The notes under the pieces: generated by a model
Seen by the model: the letters and a program-made list of their open reading frames with translations, nothing else
Databases searched by the model: none
Told to the model about the DNA's origin: nothing
Translations under genes and position numbers: made by a program
Virus record (IMG/VR): IMGVR_UViG_3300025732_000024
Coordinates: 31,305 to 95,304 of that record
Length of the DNA stretch: 64,000 bases
Source: a virus
Strand: one strand, 5' to 3'
Shown here: positions 47,457 to 58,627 of the stretch, piece after piece
Position numbering within the stretch: the first letter of the stretch is position 1
Layout: every line of letters starts with the position of its first letter

Positions 47457-49363
47457 AATGTTGGCATCATTAAAGCATTTGAGTAATATTTTACGCATTT
47501 ACAATTAGATTTACACTGACAATTTTCCCCAGGATTAGGCAGTGTACCAATTTGCGCCCATCCCATCCCATTGTATCGAATGCAATCATCGCAATTATGC
47601 ACGGCACTGATGACCCGACGCTCCCACAAATAACCATTTCGTTTGTGACCTTCTAGTCTGCCACGCTCCCGAAAATGATTAGTTTTGTTATAGTACATTT
47701 TTACTCTAGCTAATATCTGCGCTTCTGACAAATCACCTCTTAGAATATCCTGGGAAAATCTTCGTAAGTATTGATACTCAAGGTTTAATTGTCCACTAAT
47801 CAATGAGTAGTCTCGCCAGTCCATCTGCTTTGCACCACCCACGCCTAAAGCATACTGATACACGGCTAAACTTCTCAATAATTCCGCCGTTTGTCGTTCC
47901 CACCTAGCCACATTAATCCGTCCTGACAATAGTGCATCGGTAACTTTTTCACCCATTGCTAAATGGTCTTTAATCGCCTGTTCTGTCAGTCTTGCTACAT
48001 CACTTTCCCTGACAAACTGACCCTTTTTGTAGCCATTAGCATAATGATAACGTTGGCTTTTCTTGTTCCAAGTAAATATCGTTGATTCCTGTTTGTCTGA
48101 CTTAATTAATAAGTCAGATTGCAACTTTTTTTCGCTAACATCCTCACCTTCTACAGGTGCTATTTCCAAAGGTGTAATACCTGCCAAAGCTCGCATTTTA
48201 TTAATAACATCTAGGTCAAACTTACTAAAAGTTCCTGTGTTTACGCAGTTATTAATAATGTTTAAAAGGGTGATTGTGTCGGTGTTGTCTTCAGTCGCAA
48301 TTGGGAAACTACCATAGTCATCAAGCTCGCCAAAGTTGAACTCCAACATAGGGCGGATAGCCTGTTCTATCAACGCTTCCCCGACTATTTCCATTTGCGA
48401 CCTAGTCACCAATCTCAAGATATTTTGATGACCTTCATTAAGATTGCTATCACCGCTGCTCACCGTACCCGTACCCGTGACAGTGCGAGGGACTAACCAG
48501 CACAGCATCATCATTGATTCTAGGTATCCCAAAATATTTGTAAAAAAGCTCCCATCAGTTTCGTGAGCGATCGCCTCAATCTCATCAGCCAAATCAATCA
48601 CAGCGTAGGAATTATTCTTGATATCTTCTAGGTTTCTTGACATCACATAACCCTGGTTAAACAACCGTGGTTCACCAGTGTTTGGGTCTAAATAAGGTTG
48701 TCCAGTTTCAGGATTAATCATGCTCACAGAGTTGTTGGCAGTATCCGTTTTGCCCACCAATAATTTAGTAGCCTGACGTTCGGATGCGATCGCCATACAA
48801 GCATTGATTACCTTAGTCAGTTCCCAATAAGGATAGGCACGACGGCAAATAGCCACACCGTGAGGGTCGCCACCTAATGCTAAATATGGCTGATTAACTA
48901 AATGAATCCCATTTTCATAGGGAATATAAATATCACTAAATCTTAGATAATGAACCCGGCTAATTTGTCCGTTGAACCCCTCAAACCAATAATATCTAGG
49001 GTCTACAGTTCTAATAATATCTAAATATGCTTTCCTTTTCCTAATAACATAACTAACTTCTGAAAACGATTTACCAAAAGGGATAAAGGTCAGTATTTGA
49101 GACACAACATTTAACCAACTACCCTGCATAGCGTTAATAGTTTTCCTAGTAAAATCTTGAATATAAGGATCAGGATTTTGGTAGTGGTCAAGCATTGAGA
49201 CCCCAAGTAATATTCTCAAATCATTAGCCGCGCTGGCCACTGGAGAATCTTTAAGCATCTCTACATAGGTATTAGTTATGTTCTTATCAGATTGTTGTAC
49301 CATCCCAATCCAGGTAGATACCAATGCCTGAACTTTAGGGGAAAGAATATTAGTGTTTAACAT
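47453..49363 (-). CDS. Portal protein (DUF935-like) fused to a head-morphogenesis-like C-domain
   Basis: FGKSFSEV, GDPHGVAICRRAYPYW, IRPMLEFNFG; C-terminal CDDC...LPNPG..CQCKSNCKC. Confidence 0.8.
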   Translation of the reverse strand: MLNTNILSPKVQALVSTWIGMVQQSDKNITNTYVEMLKDSPVASAANDLRILLGVSMLDHYQNPDPYIQDFTRKTINAMQGSWLNVVSQILTFIPFGKSFSEVSYVIRKRKAYLDIIRTVDPRYYWFEGFNGQISRVHYLRFSDIYIPYENGIHLVNQPYLALGGDPHGVAICRRAYPYWELTKVINACMAIASERQATKLLVGKTDTANNSVSMINPETGQPYLDPNTGEPRLFNQGYVMSRNLEDIKNNSYAVIDLADEIEAIAHETDGSFFTNILGYLESMMMLCWLVPRTVTGTGTVSSGDSNLNEGHQNILRLVTRSQMEIVGEALIEQAIRPMLEFNFGELDDYGSFPIATEDNTDTITLLNIINNCVNTGTFSKFDLDVINKMRALAGITPLEIAPVEGEDVSEKKLQSDLLIKSDKQESTIFTWNKKSQRYHYANGYKKGQFVRESDVARLTEQAIKDHLAMGEKVTDALLSGRINVARWERQTAELLRSLAVYQYALGVGGAKQMDWRDYSLISGQLNLEYQYLRRFSQDILRGDLSEAQILARVKMYYNKTNHFRERGRLEGHKRNGYLWERRVISAVHNCDDCIRYNGMGWAQIGTLPNPGENCQCKSNCKCVKYYSNALMMPTL

Positions 49364-49451
49364 ATTGTAATTACATTTCGTATTTTTATACTCTTAAATT
49401 GTAGCATTTATATAAGTATGATATATTTAATATTAGTTAAACATTGAATTT

Positions 49452-50210
49452 ATGGTAATAAAAAACTCAATTAAAATACAAATTAAATTAGCGGCTTTAG
49501 GGTCAGACAAGGAGAGATGTGGAATTATTGTCAACGATGAAGTTATCACCTTGAACAACATTCATAACGACCCAGAGAATCATTTCACAATAGCTGCCAA
49601 CGATTTAGCCATGTTTGATTATGGGGATATTTCCGCCATTTGGCATACCCACCACAAAGACAATCAATCAGGGTATTTCACCTACACAGACATAGAATTA
49701 GCTCACCAAAGCCAAAAACCTATCATCCTCTACCATTCTGGATTTGATGTGTGGGACTACTACGAAGCCAACAATCCCGACCCTTTCCCCTTAGAGAAAA
49801 AACCTCACACACCCCAAGAATTAGACTTTTATCTTAACACCAGATTTCACTGGGGACGATCTGATTGCTTTGCTATTGTCAGGCGATATTTACTAGGAAT
49901 TGTGGGAATAGATATTGGGGAATTTACCAGAACTCAACTAGACAACTTTCCACCCGAAGATTACGACTGTCCGTGGTCAATGAATAAATTTAATTTGTTA
50001 CCATTGGGGACACAGCCGCAATTACACGATGTGTTTGGTGTGGCACTAAAAGGAGGTAAAAAAGTAAATCACGCCATGGTCATGGTCAAACCTGTAGAGA
50101 ATATTATTCTTCATTCTCCCTCAGATTCTTCAGTATCCAAACTGGAGCAGTACGCCGATTATTGGAGAAAACGGACTCTTTTACACGGAAGATTAAAGGA
50201 ATTATGCTAA
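49452..50210 (+). CDS. Lambda gpK-like tail protein (JAB + NlpC/P60)
   Basis: ERCG, WHTH...D; WGRSDCF, NHA, ILH. Confidence 0.85.
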   Translation: MVIKNSIKIQIKLAALGSDKERCGIIVNDEVITLNNIHNDPENHFTIAANDLAMFDYGDISAIWHTHHKDNQSGYFTYTDIELAHQSQKPIILYHSGFDVWDYYEANNPDPFPLEKKPHTPQELDFYLNTRFHWGRSDCFAIVRRYLLGIVGIDIGEFTRTQLDNFPPEDYDCPWSMNKFNLLPLGTQPQLHDVFGVALKGGKKVNHAMVMVKPVENIILHSPSDSSVSKLEQYADYWRKRTLLHGRLKELC

Positions 50211-50794
50211 CAACTATCAAATTGAATGGTGCTTTAGGTGATAACTTTTTGCCAGAAATACAAGCAGATGCACACACAGTCAGAGAAGTAATTAACTTTT
50301 TGTGCTGTTATTTTGAAGATTTCAAGCATTATGTTTTATCTACCGATTGGATGTATTCAATAGTCATTAAAGCAGCCAACTGGCAGAGGGAAATAGACGA
50401 AAATTCACCAGAATTACTATTACCTATCACAGGATTAACTGTAGAGATAACCCCACACATTCAGGGTTCAGGTGGTGTGGGCAAGTTCCTTACTAATATC
50501 GCCATGATTGGGATTGGAGTTGCATTAGTTGCCATTCCTGGCGTTGGATCGGTTGCCGTAGGCTTAGGCTGGGGTTTGATTATTTCAGGTGCTACGGGAC
50601 TATTACAATCTATTCTTTTTGGTAATCCTAGCGTTGATAGCAATGCTATTGATGACCGCCGCTCTACATTTTTCCAAAGTCCAGGATATAGCACCAAGGA
50701 AGGTACGCCAATTCCCCTGGCATTTGGTAAAGTTTTAGTCAAAAACTTTCAAGTTTTATCTGTAGAAATTGACTCCAATTTCACCACTAATTAA
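50204..50794 (+). CDS. Lambda gpI-like tail assembly protein
   Basis: IKLNGALG, PHIQGSGG, EGTPIPLAFG. Confidence 0.85.
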   Translation: MLTTIKLNGALGDNFLPEIQADAHTVREVINFLCCYFEDFKHYVLSTDWMYSIVIKAANWQREIDENSPELLLPITGLTVEITPHIQGSGGVGKFLTNIAMIGIGVALVAIPGVGSVAVGLGWGLIISGATGLLQSILFGNPSVDSNAIDDRRSTFFQSPGYSTKEGTPIPLAFGKVLVKNFQVLSVEIDSNFTTN

Positions 50795-50812
50795 TCAAAA
50801 GGAACTTGAAAA

Positions 50813-53116
50813 ATGGCAGAAAACTTATCTGGTTCTGGCGGATTATTTGGAGGTAGACCAAGCAGCCAATCAACGAGACAACAAATTACTGACGCAATAT
50901 CAGGAACAACAAACGACAACGTTAAGCTCGTCTTAGGTATTTGCGAAGGAACTATTGGAGGTATGGTGAACGGTGGCAGAGACCTTTATTTTGATAAAAC
51001 ACCATACATGAACGCTGACGGAACTGTGAATTTTGCTAACGTCACAATGTCAAGCACGACAGGAACAAATTCCACTTCCCAGGCTTTAAGTTTACCAGAC
51101 GGCTCGTTTTCCGATAATCCTGTTAACGTTGCTATTAAGTACAACATTCCCCAAACTAGGACTATATCCAATGCAGACTTAACCGATATTCAAGTTAAGT
51201 TAGGCATACAACTTCAGTACAACGATGCAAATGGTGATGTCAGGCAAGCGACAATAGGCTTCGATATTCTCATAAAAGAAGGCATTAATGGTAATTTTGC
51301 GACTCGATATTCATCGGGAAATTTAATCGCTAGATATTCAGAAGAAGTAACATTTGACTACAGATTTCCTGTTAATAGAAACGAAAGTTATTTTGAAGTT
51401 AGAGTATTAAAAACCGGGCCAGTAGAACCGCCAAGTCCTATACCGCCAAACACAAGCTATGTAACAGCTAATCTCAGATGGGTAAGCTATACAGAAATAA
51501 CAAGCGATCGCATAGCTTACATCAACACCGCTTTACTAAATCTCCAGTTTCCTGCAAAAACATTCCCATCTACCCCAGAAATATGGGCAATGTTACAGTG
51601 TATGATTTGCGAAATTCCTAGTAACGCAACCGTGAACGCCACTGACAATGGAACAGATTATAGCGGTGGCTGGAATGGTACTTTTTATACTCCCAGTAGA
51701 GCCACAGCAGATCCGGCTTGGATAGTATGGAAATTACTGACCGAACCGAGATTTAATCTAAATATTCCTACTCAATACATAGATAAATATGCACTATATC
51801 AGTGTAGTGTGTATAATAATCAGTTTGTTTCAAATGGTGGTGGTGGTTTAGAGCGAAGATTTTTGTTCAATACCGTACTAGGTTCAGGTGGGCAAGAAGT
51901 AGTTCTAGAAATGACTAGAGCCATTTGCTCTACCATGTATGCCAAACCTTATTGGAACGGTTCACAGATTAGCTTCTGGCAAGATAGACCTACAACAGCA
52001 TTGCCAAAAATTCTTACCAACTCTGATGTTGAAGAAGGTAAATTCGTTTATCAAACACCTGAATTAAACACAGTCACAACTATCGCTAAAGTCTCCTATC
52101 AATCAACAGTTGAAGACTGGGAATTAGTGCCAGAAATAATAGAAGATATCCCAGCCATTCAACGCTATGGAGTACAAGTAGAAGAGTATGCTTTATTGGG
52201 CGAAACTCGCAGGGGTGCTGCTATCAGGTCAGGAAGAAGAACTATTTTAGGGTCACAACCTAATAATATTGTCCTTACCTGTAGAGTGAGAACAAGGGCA
52301 ATGTTCTTTTCGCCTGGCGATGTAATTCAAGTTGCTGATAGTGCTAAAAATAGAGTTAGAATTGGTGGTTTAGTTTCAGTAGCAATCACCACTAAAATAA
52401 CAATTGATTCGCCAGTAACATTAACAGCAAGCGCAACTAAAAAGATTTTATTAACATTACCTGATGAAACAGTTGTAGAAAGAACAATTAGTAACGGTGC
52501 AGGAACATTTACAGAAATTAATTTAACCACACCTCTAACAACCTTACCCGCACCTGAATCACCTTGGCAAATAATAGATACTATTAACAGGACTCAACTT
52601 TATCGGATTACAGAAGTCAATCCAGTAGAAGACAATTTAAACCTATTTGACATCACCGCAAAAACCTATAGTGCCGACTACTATACTCAGATTGAATCGG
52701 GCATAAAAATACCTGCAATTGTTCCGGTGGCAAGGCTTCCAATAGTTGCATCACCACCTATAAACGTTTCATCCAAAATGATAAGAATTACCCATGGTGA
52801 CATCACCAGCTATACATTGATAGCTTCATGGCAACGCCCAACAAAAGTTGTTAACGGTGTTACAGTTGAAGAACCATACACCGATAGATACAAAGTAGAA
52901 TTAAGAAGAGGACAAACTTCTGAATGGGGATCTACACAAATTACCACAGAATTATCAGCTAGATGGGAAAACGTAGGTAATGGATTTTTTTATGTGCGAG
53001 TAGCTGCAATTACAACTAACAACAAAGTAAGTACGTACGCTGAAGCTGCATCGTCAGCACAAGTAACGGCCGACGTAAGCAATCAATACTTTACGGTTTT
53101 TACAGGAGAATTTTAA
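50813..53116 (+). CDS. Lambda gpJ-like tail tip protein
   Basis: ICEGTIGG, DPAWIVW, PGDVIQVAD, FN3-like end. Confidence 0.88.
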   Translation: MAENLSGSGGLFGGRPSSQSTRQQITDAISGTTNDNVKLVLGICEGTIGGMVNGGRDLYFDKTPYMNADGTVNFANVTMSSTTGTNSTSQALSLPDGSFSDNPVNVAIKYNIPQTRTISNADLTDIQVKLGIQLQYNDANGDVRQATIGFDILIKEGINGNFATRYSSGNLIARYSEEVTFDYRFPVNRNESYFEVRVLKTGPVEPPSPIPPNTSYVTANLRWVSYTEITSDRIAYINTALLNLQFPAKTFPSTPEIWAMLQCMICEIPSNATVNATDNGTDYSGGWNGTFYTPSRATADPAWIVWKLLTEPRFNLNIPTQYIDKYALYQCSVYNNQFVSNGGGGLERRFLFNTVLGSGGQEVVLEMTRAICSTMYAKPYWNGSQISFWQDRPTTALPKILTNSDVEEGKFVYQTPELNTVTTIAKVSYQSTVEDWELVPEIIEDIPAIQRYGVQVEEYALLGETRRGAAIRSGRRTILGSQPNNIVLTCRVRTRAMFFSPGDVIQVADSAKNRVRIGGLVSVAITTKITIDSPVTLTASATKKILLTLPDETVVERTISNGAGTFTEINLTTPLTTLPAPESPWQIIDTINRTQLYRITEVNPVEDNLNLFDITAKTYSADYYTQIESGIKIPAIVPVARLPIVASPPINVSSKMIRITHGDITSYTLIASWQRPTKVVNGVTVEEPYTDRYKVELRRGQTSEWGSTQITTELSARWENVGNGFFYVRVAAITTNNKVSTYAEAASSAQVTADVSNQYFTVFTGEF

Positions 53117-53917
53117 ATGCCTCAACCATATATAGATGTAACGGGAGCGACTGCGTATAGAGAAGCGACTGGAGATGGTACAGTCGTCAGTCCTTACATT
53201 CCTAGATTTACGGCGGTTCAGCAAGGAACTTGGAGCGTAGGTCTAACTGGTACATTGCCAGCTTTTGCGTCCACACCTACATTCAATATAGGTACTGCAC
53301 CAAGCTTGACTTTTACCAATACCAGCTTTACAGCTAATGCTGGCACTAATTTAAATACATCTTTATTAGCATTAGAGTCTGGGGGCAATTTAGCTAGTAT
53401 CAACACCAAACTACCTAGTAATTTAACTGTTACAGCTACTCGTTTGTTAGTTGATGGTAGTGGAGTAACACAACCTATAAGTGCCGCAAGTTTACCACTG
53501 CCGACAGGTGCAGCCACATCTGCAAACCAAACTACTGGCAATACATCACTAGCAAGCATTGACGGCAAACTCCCGTCATCACTAGGGACAAAAACTTCTT
53601 CTGCTTCTTTGTCCATAAGTCCCGCTTTTGCAGCAACATCAACATTAACAAACGTAGCCAGTAGCGCAACATCTGTAACATTATTGGCTGCAAATAACAA
53701 CAGAAAAACAGTGATAATACTGAATGATTCAACAGCAGACTTATATGTAACATTAAATGCCAGTGCAGCAAGCACTACAAACTACTCGCTATTTTTAGCT
53801 GCTAAAGTAGGCAATACTCCATCCTCTGCTATTTTTGGAGGAGATGACTACTCAGGTGAAATCAGAGGTATCTGGTCAAGTGCAAACGGATTTGCAAGAA
53901 TTACGGAGGTTGTGTAA
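53117..53917 (+). CDS. Ser/Thr-rich tail-associated protein
   Basis: LPLPTGAATSA, NRKTVIILN. Confidence 0.6.
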   Translation: MPQPYIDVTGATAYREATGDGTVVSPYIPRFTAVQQGTWSVGLTGTLPAFASTPTFNIGTAPSLTFTNTSFTANAGTNLNTSLLALESGGNLASINTKLPSNLTVTATRLLVDGSGVTQPISAASLPLPTGAATSANQTTGNTSLASIDGKLPSSLGTKTSSASLSISPAFAATSTLTNVASSATSVTLLAANNNRKTVIILNDSTADLYVTLNASAASTTNYSLFLAAKVGNTPSSAIFGGDDYSGEIRGIWSSANGFARITEVV

Positions 53918-54924
53918 TGGGAATTGTTATAAATAATCCAAGTAATGCCACATTAGCTGACAATTCGGTAACTACAACTAAGATTGCCGACGGTGCTGTC
54001 ACACCCGCAAAATTAAGTACGGCAGTGCAAGGAAATAACTACAACTATATTATTAATAGCGATTTTAAAGTAGCTCAGGCAACTACTTCAGCAGAAATCA
54101 TAGCTGGAAATTCTGTGCCAACCGCATCTTTAGGGTATCCAGTTTTTGACTGCTGGTTTGTTTATTGCATAGGAGGCAATATAACTCAAGTGGCGCAATT
54201 TCCAGAAGGGTCAAATTCGGCTAAAAGTCTTAGAATAATGACCATATCTTCCTCTATTACCTCAATAGGAATAGGACAAAGAATAGAAGCTATTGACGCT
54301 GTTAATTTAGCAACAAAAACAGTAACTTTATCCTTTGAATGCTCCCACACTTTTCTTACTTCCTTAACAATTACAGCAAGCAGACCAACGACATCCGCTA
54401 ATACTTTTGGGACTATTGCTAGTCCCACGAAAACTCAAATTGCTACTACAACAATCTCTATTACCAGCACTTCAACTAGATATTCCTGGACTTTTACCTG
54501 TCCTCAAGAAGTAGAAAGAGGTTTAGAGATTTTATTTACATTAGGGGCTACAGACAACGCTGCTCGTTATTTCTATTTAGCTAATGTAAAATTAGAAGAA
54601 GGCTCTTCAACTACTACTTTCATTCCTACAATCTATGCAGAAGAATTAAATAAATGTCAAAGGTACTTTTCGATTCTTCCTGCATCTTTGTATGGGTATC
54701 CTAGTCCTAGCACTGGTGGGTTTGCGTTCAATCAATTATATCCCCTTCCATGTGTAATGAGAATTGCCCCTGTTGTTAGCAGAACATATAGCAGTCAGGC
54801 TAACATAAGTTCTACATCTCCACAAAATATAACTCCTTACTTTTTTATTGATCGGATAATATCTACCGCAGGAACTAATACTACTTGGCAGTTAGCTGCA
54901 ACCTGCTCTGCTTACATACCTTAA
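53917..54924 (+). CDS. Tail fibre-like protein
   Basis: [29 protein letters not shown]. Confidence 0.75.
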   Translation: MGIVINNPSNATLADNSVTTTKIADGAVTPAKLSTAVQGNNYNYIINSDFKVAQATTSAEIIAGNSVPTASLGYPVFDCWFVYCIGGNITQVAQFPEGSNSAKSLRIMTISSSITSIGIGQRIEAIDAVNLATKTVTLSFECSHTFLTSLTITASRPTTSANTFGTIASPTKTQIATTTISITSTSTRYSWTFTCPQEVERGLEILFTLGATDNAARYFYLANVKLEEGSSTTTFIPTIYAEELNKCQRYFSILPASLYGYPSPSTGGFAFNQLYPLPCVMRIAPVVSRTYSSQANISSTSPQNITPYFFIDRIISTAGTNTTWQLAATCSAYIP

Positions 54925-54944
54925 AACCACATCAAAATACTACT

Positions 54945-55364
54945 ATGTACAAACTAACAACTAGTTCCGATATAATTATCAGACTTCAGGACGGGGCAAT
55001 TATTCCAAAAGGAAATAATGGCGACTGGCAGCTTTACGAGGCTTGGTTAAAAGAAAATAATATTCCCGAACCTGCTGACGTTGTAGCTGTTTTTCCTAAT
55101 TGGGATGAGCTTTATCGCAATCTTTTGATTGGTAATTTAAAGCCTTTATATATGAGCGTAAAAGAGGCGGCTAAAACCAATAATATTATTTCTGTTGATT
55201 ACGTAAATCTTATTATGGTTATTTCCAATATTCGCACAGAACAAGCATTGAAAGAATGTTTTGATGAGTTAATTGATGATGGATACTCACTAGATCCAGA
55301 CCACGTTACTGAATGGAATACCGCATTAATTAATTTTGGTTTCAGTCCAATTGCACAACTTTAA
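54945..55364 (+). CDS. Tail fibre assembly-like protein
   Basis: [11 protein letters not shown]...[19 protein letters not shown]. Confidence 0.65.
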   Translation: MYKLTTSSDIIIRLQDGAIIPKGNNGDWQLYEAWLKENNIPEPADVVAVFPNWDELYRNLLIGNLKPLYMSVKEAAKTNNIISVDYVNLIMVISNIRTEQALKECFDELIDDGYSLDPDHVTEWNTALINFGFSPIAQL

Positions 55365-55370
55365 TTAATC

Positions 55371-56804
55371 ATGATTTCACCAATATTAGTATTACCGCCG
55401 ACTAAATGGGAATTTAGTCAAGAAACAAAAATACAGACCCAAATCACTAAATTAGGTGATGGTTATGGAGTAATAGCTTTAGTACCTAATTCTCTTAGAA
55501 ATACCACCGAAATAGTCATCCCTAATTTAAGTACAGCTATCAAAAACAACATCATTTCTTTGTTTATAGAATATGGAGGCATTACAAAATTTAGGTGGCG
55601 GCCTTTAGATACTTTTCCTTACAAGGAGTACATTTGCGATAAGTGGAGCGTAATTCAGCAAGGAGTGTATTTATGGCAAATAACAGCAACCTTTACCGAG
55701 CAAAAGACAGCCGAACCATCATCTAGCACAGCAATTGATAGGCTAAAGATCAAATATTTCCCATTAGACCCAATTGCCGATTTTACATATGTTAGGCAGT
55801 ATAATTACGGTGCGGCACAAGACGCATTGACATCCCACGGCACTTACCCAGGCTCTGGTGCTTTTATTGGTGGTGTGTTATTGCAAGATGGTAGAGTATT
55901 CTGTGTGCCATACAATTCAACTACAGCGAGAATATACAATCCTGTTACAAATATACTTACAATACCTGGAGGTACTTACCCCGGTGCTATTGCTTTCGCC
56001 GGTGCTTTTGCTGGTGGTGTATTATTAAGCGACTCTAGAGTATTTTGTGTACCGTACAACTCTACTACAGCGAGAATATACAACCCTATTACTAACGCAA
56101 CAACGACACCCGGTGGTACTTATCCGGGCAACATTGGCTTACTTGGTGGTGTATTACTAACTGATGGTCGAGTGTTTTGCGTACCGCACAATTCTACTAC
56201 AGCAAGAATATACAACCCTATTACAGACACACTTGCAACACCCAATGGTACTTATCCAGGTAATAAAGCTTTTGCTGGTGGTGTATTACTAACTGATGGT
56301 CGAGTATTCTGTGTACCACATAACTCTACTACAGCAAGAATATACAATCCTACTACGGACACACTTGCAACACCCAATGGTACTTATCCAGGTAACGGTG
56401 CTTTTTTCGGTGGCGTATTACTGGCTGATGGTCGAGTGTTTTGCGTGCCGCACAATTCTACTACAGCGAGAGTTTTTGATCCTGCCACTAATACATTAAC
56501 CACGCCGAGCGGCATTTCCTCTTTTGGGTTTGTTGGTGGTGTTTTGTTGCCGGACAAGAATGTGTTTTGTGTACCCGCAGTTTCAAGCACAGGTAGAATT
56601 TATAACCCAATTACTAATACTTTAACGGCAACTAATAGCGTGTTTCCTGTAGGAGGAAATACCTTCTATGGTGGTGTCTTGTTACCTGATGGTCGGGTGT
56701 TCTGCGTGCCTCTTGATTCAACCACAGCAAGAATATATGGGACTCGCCTCTCTACCAATCTTCCTATGGGTAGAACGCACTCTGCATTTGATAACAAACT
56801 TTAA
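55371..56804 (+). CDS. gpM-like domain fused to a Kelch-like repeat propeller
   Basis: LGDGY...FRWRP...ITATFTE followed by 7 repeats of GGVLLxDxxVFCVPxxSxTxR. Confidence 0.8.
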   Translation: MISPILVLPPTKWEFSQETKIQTQITKLGDGYGVIALVPNSLRNTTEIVIPNLSTAIKNNIISLFIEYGGITKFRWRPLDTFPYKEYICDKWSVIQQGVYLWQITATFTEQKTAEPSSSTAIDRLKIKYFPLDPIADFTYVRQYNYGAAQDALTSHGTYPGSGAFIGGVLLQDGRVFCVPYNSTTARIYNPVTNILTIPGGTYPGAIAFAGAFAGGVLLSDSRVFCVPYNSTTARIYNPITNATTTPGGTYPGNIGLLGGVLLTDGRVFCVPHNSTTARIYNPITDTLATPNGTYPGNKAFAGGVLLTDGRVFCVPHNSTTARIYNPTTDTLATPNGTYPGNGAFFGGVLLADGRVFCVPHNSTTARVFDPATNTLTTPSGISSFGFVGGVLLPDKNVFCVPAVSSTGRIYNPITNTLTATNSVFPVGGNTFYGGVLLPDGRVFCVPLDSTTARIYGTRLSTNLPMGRTHSAFDNKL

Positions 56805-56824
56805 GAAATTTATCAGGTAAAACT

Positions 56825-57457
56825 ATGACTTTATTATCAAATACTCAACAACTAGATACAGAAATATTCATAGATTTAATTAATATCAAAAATCAAGATT
56901 TTGATATAAGAATTTGCAATTATGGAACTGTCAGTTTTGGCAATATCACCTATCAAGGATTTCCCTGCAAAATCAGTAGTTTTAGTAAATCAGGTGAGAG
57001 TGTAGAGGCGCGCTCATCCTTGATAGTTTCAGATATATCAGGACTAGTGGGTGATGTAATAGATAGCTATTTTGTTATTGGTGCAGATGTTAATGTTAAG
57101 CGCACTCAGCCAATGTTTTTAGACGGAGAACAAACAGCAGATTCTACTCAATTTTATGAATTAAATTTAAAAGTCAATCAATATACCGGGGAGTATCAAA
57201 ATCAATTTACATTTTCTCTCACACCTTACTCATTAGAAAGAAAAAAACTACCAGCTAGAATTTATTCCAAACGTTGTCAGTGGCAACTTAGCGATCAGGA
57301 TTGTCAAGCCCCGATAAATATTCATTTTGATATTTCTGGCAACCCGACTACAGCAGCAAATAGAGCCTGTAGAAAAGATTTAGATGCTTGTAAGCAGTAT
57401 CATGGTAATACACTGAGATTTGGTGGTTTTCCTTCCGTCAACAGAATTAGGAGCTAA
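56825..57457 (+). CDS. Lambda gpL-like minor tail protein
   Basis: YQGFP, FLDG, LPAR..CQW..C..C.K.L.AC..FGGFP. Confidence 0.88.
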   Translation: MTLLSNTQQLDTEIFIDLINIKNQDFDIRICNYGTVSFGNITYQGFPCKISSFSKSGESVEARSSLIVSDISGLVGDVIDSYFVIGADVNVKRTQPMFLDGEQTADSTQFYELNLKVNQYTGEYQNQFTFSLTPYSLERKKLPARIYSKRCQWQLSDQDCQAPINIHFDISGNPTTAANRACRKDLDACKQYHGNTLRFGGFPSVNRIRS

Positions 57458-57460
57458 TAG

Positions 57461-57865
57461 CTAGTCCCTATCTTTTAAGCCTTGTCTTATCAAGGTTTCG
57501 TCAATCTCCTTGATTTTCTTAGAATTTTTAGCCACAGCCGCCTTCATTTCTTGGCTTTCCATCACCTGATCAATACGCAAATTCAGGAACTCAAAGCGAC
57601 CCTGTAAATCAGTTAACGCCACTTCATGAATCCTATCTTGAGCCTCCATCTGTGCCTCTAGGATTTTGTAATCTTCAGATTTTTTAGATAAATCAGCCTC
57701 TAATTTTGCCCACCAACCAAAGATAGGGAAAAAGAAGGCACTAAAAATAGTAAATTTATCAACAGCAGGGAAGGCAGCAACAACCAGCCTAGAAATCCCA
57801 AAACTACCGCCAGCTATTCCTAAAAATATACAGATTTTATAGAAATTAAATTGAATCTTTTTCAT
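57461..57865 (-). CDS. Membrane/coiled-coil protein
   Basis: Two TM segments and a coiled coil. Confidence 0.55.
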   Translation of the reverse strand: MKKIQFNFYKICIFLGIAGGSFGISRLVVAAFPAVDKFTIFSAFFFPIFGWWAKLEADLSKKSEDYKILEAQMEAQDRIHEVALTDLQGRFEFLNLRIDQVMESQEMKAAVAKNSKKIKEIDETLIRQGLKDRD

Positions 57866-58287
57866 ATACAATCCTCTTCTTTTTGGGTTAAATCACAAAA
57901 CTTTATCCAAGGGGAAGGTTGTCCAGCAAAAGTTATTGTATTGTTGTGCTGTAATTTCCTGACTTCATAGCCTAAAAGCCTTACACCATCCACAAAAGTA
58001 CCGTTTAGACTATTAATATTTTCTGCGATTGAACCATCTTTCACAGCCCAGTAATATTTACGGTCAAAGAATTTATGATAGATGATTTCGCACTGGGGAG
58101 GATAAGCAGATATAGCACAATATATTTTAATATTAGGAAATAATATTTCCGCTACTTGATGCTCTGAAATACTCAATTGTATCGCTAAAACCTCTTTGGT
58201 TCGCTTGACAATTACTTTAATAATTTTGTCCAAATCTATTTCTAGCAAGCAGACGTTCTCCGCCGCAACTTCTAACCATGTATTCAT
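57862..58287 (-). CDS. FHA-domain protein
   Basis: IS..QC, VKD, SLNGTFVDG; start uncertain. Confidence 0.7.
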   Translation of the reverse strand: MNTWLEVAAENVCLLEIDLDKIIKVIVKRTKEVLAIQLSISEHQVAEILFPNIKIYCAISAYPPQCEIIYHKFFDRKYYWAVKDGSIAENINSLNGTFVDGVRLLGYEVRKLQHNNTITFAGQPSPWIKFCDLTQKEEDCI

Positions 58288-58397
58288 AGTCTTAAAAATA
58301 TAGTCGTCAGCATTGCCGCTTACATTGTAGCAAAAATACATTAATGACAAAAAACTCCTGATTTCTCAGGAGTTAGCAATAAATTGAGGTGTTGATA

Positions 58398-58480
58398 CAC
58401 GGGGGGGAGGAATCGAACCATCCATTAATTTAACGTCCGCACCTAAGTGACCGACGGTTTTTCCATTAAACTACCCCGCG
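58398..58480 (-). tRNA. Aberrant tRNA-like element (pseudo-tRNA)
   Basis: CGCGGGG/CCCCGUG acceptor, UAGUUUAAUGG D-arm, GGUUCGAUUCC T-arm; anticodon arm non-canonical. Confidence 0.55.
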
Positions 58481-58627
58481 AAAACGCCATTCCTGTAATT
58501 CGCAAGGCATGAAGCCTATATTAGAATTAACGAGTTCCGGCGTAAAATCATCATAGCACAACTTTAGTTCAATGTTTTTGAACTACCCTAAAAACCCTTG
58601 CCAGCAAAACATTACAAGATTTTTTCT

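Noticed and set aside
55840-56740. Diversity-generating retroelement TR/VR pair
   Set aside because: Repeats are in-frame protein repeats; no reverse transcriptase in the window
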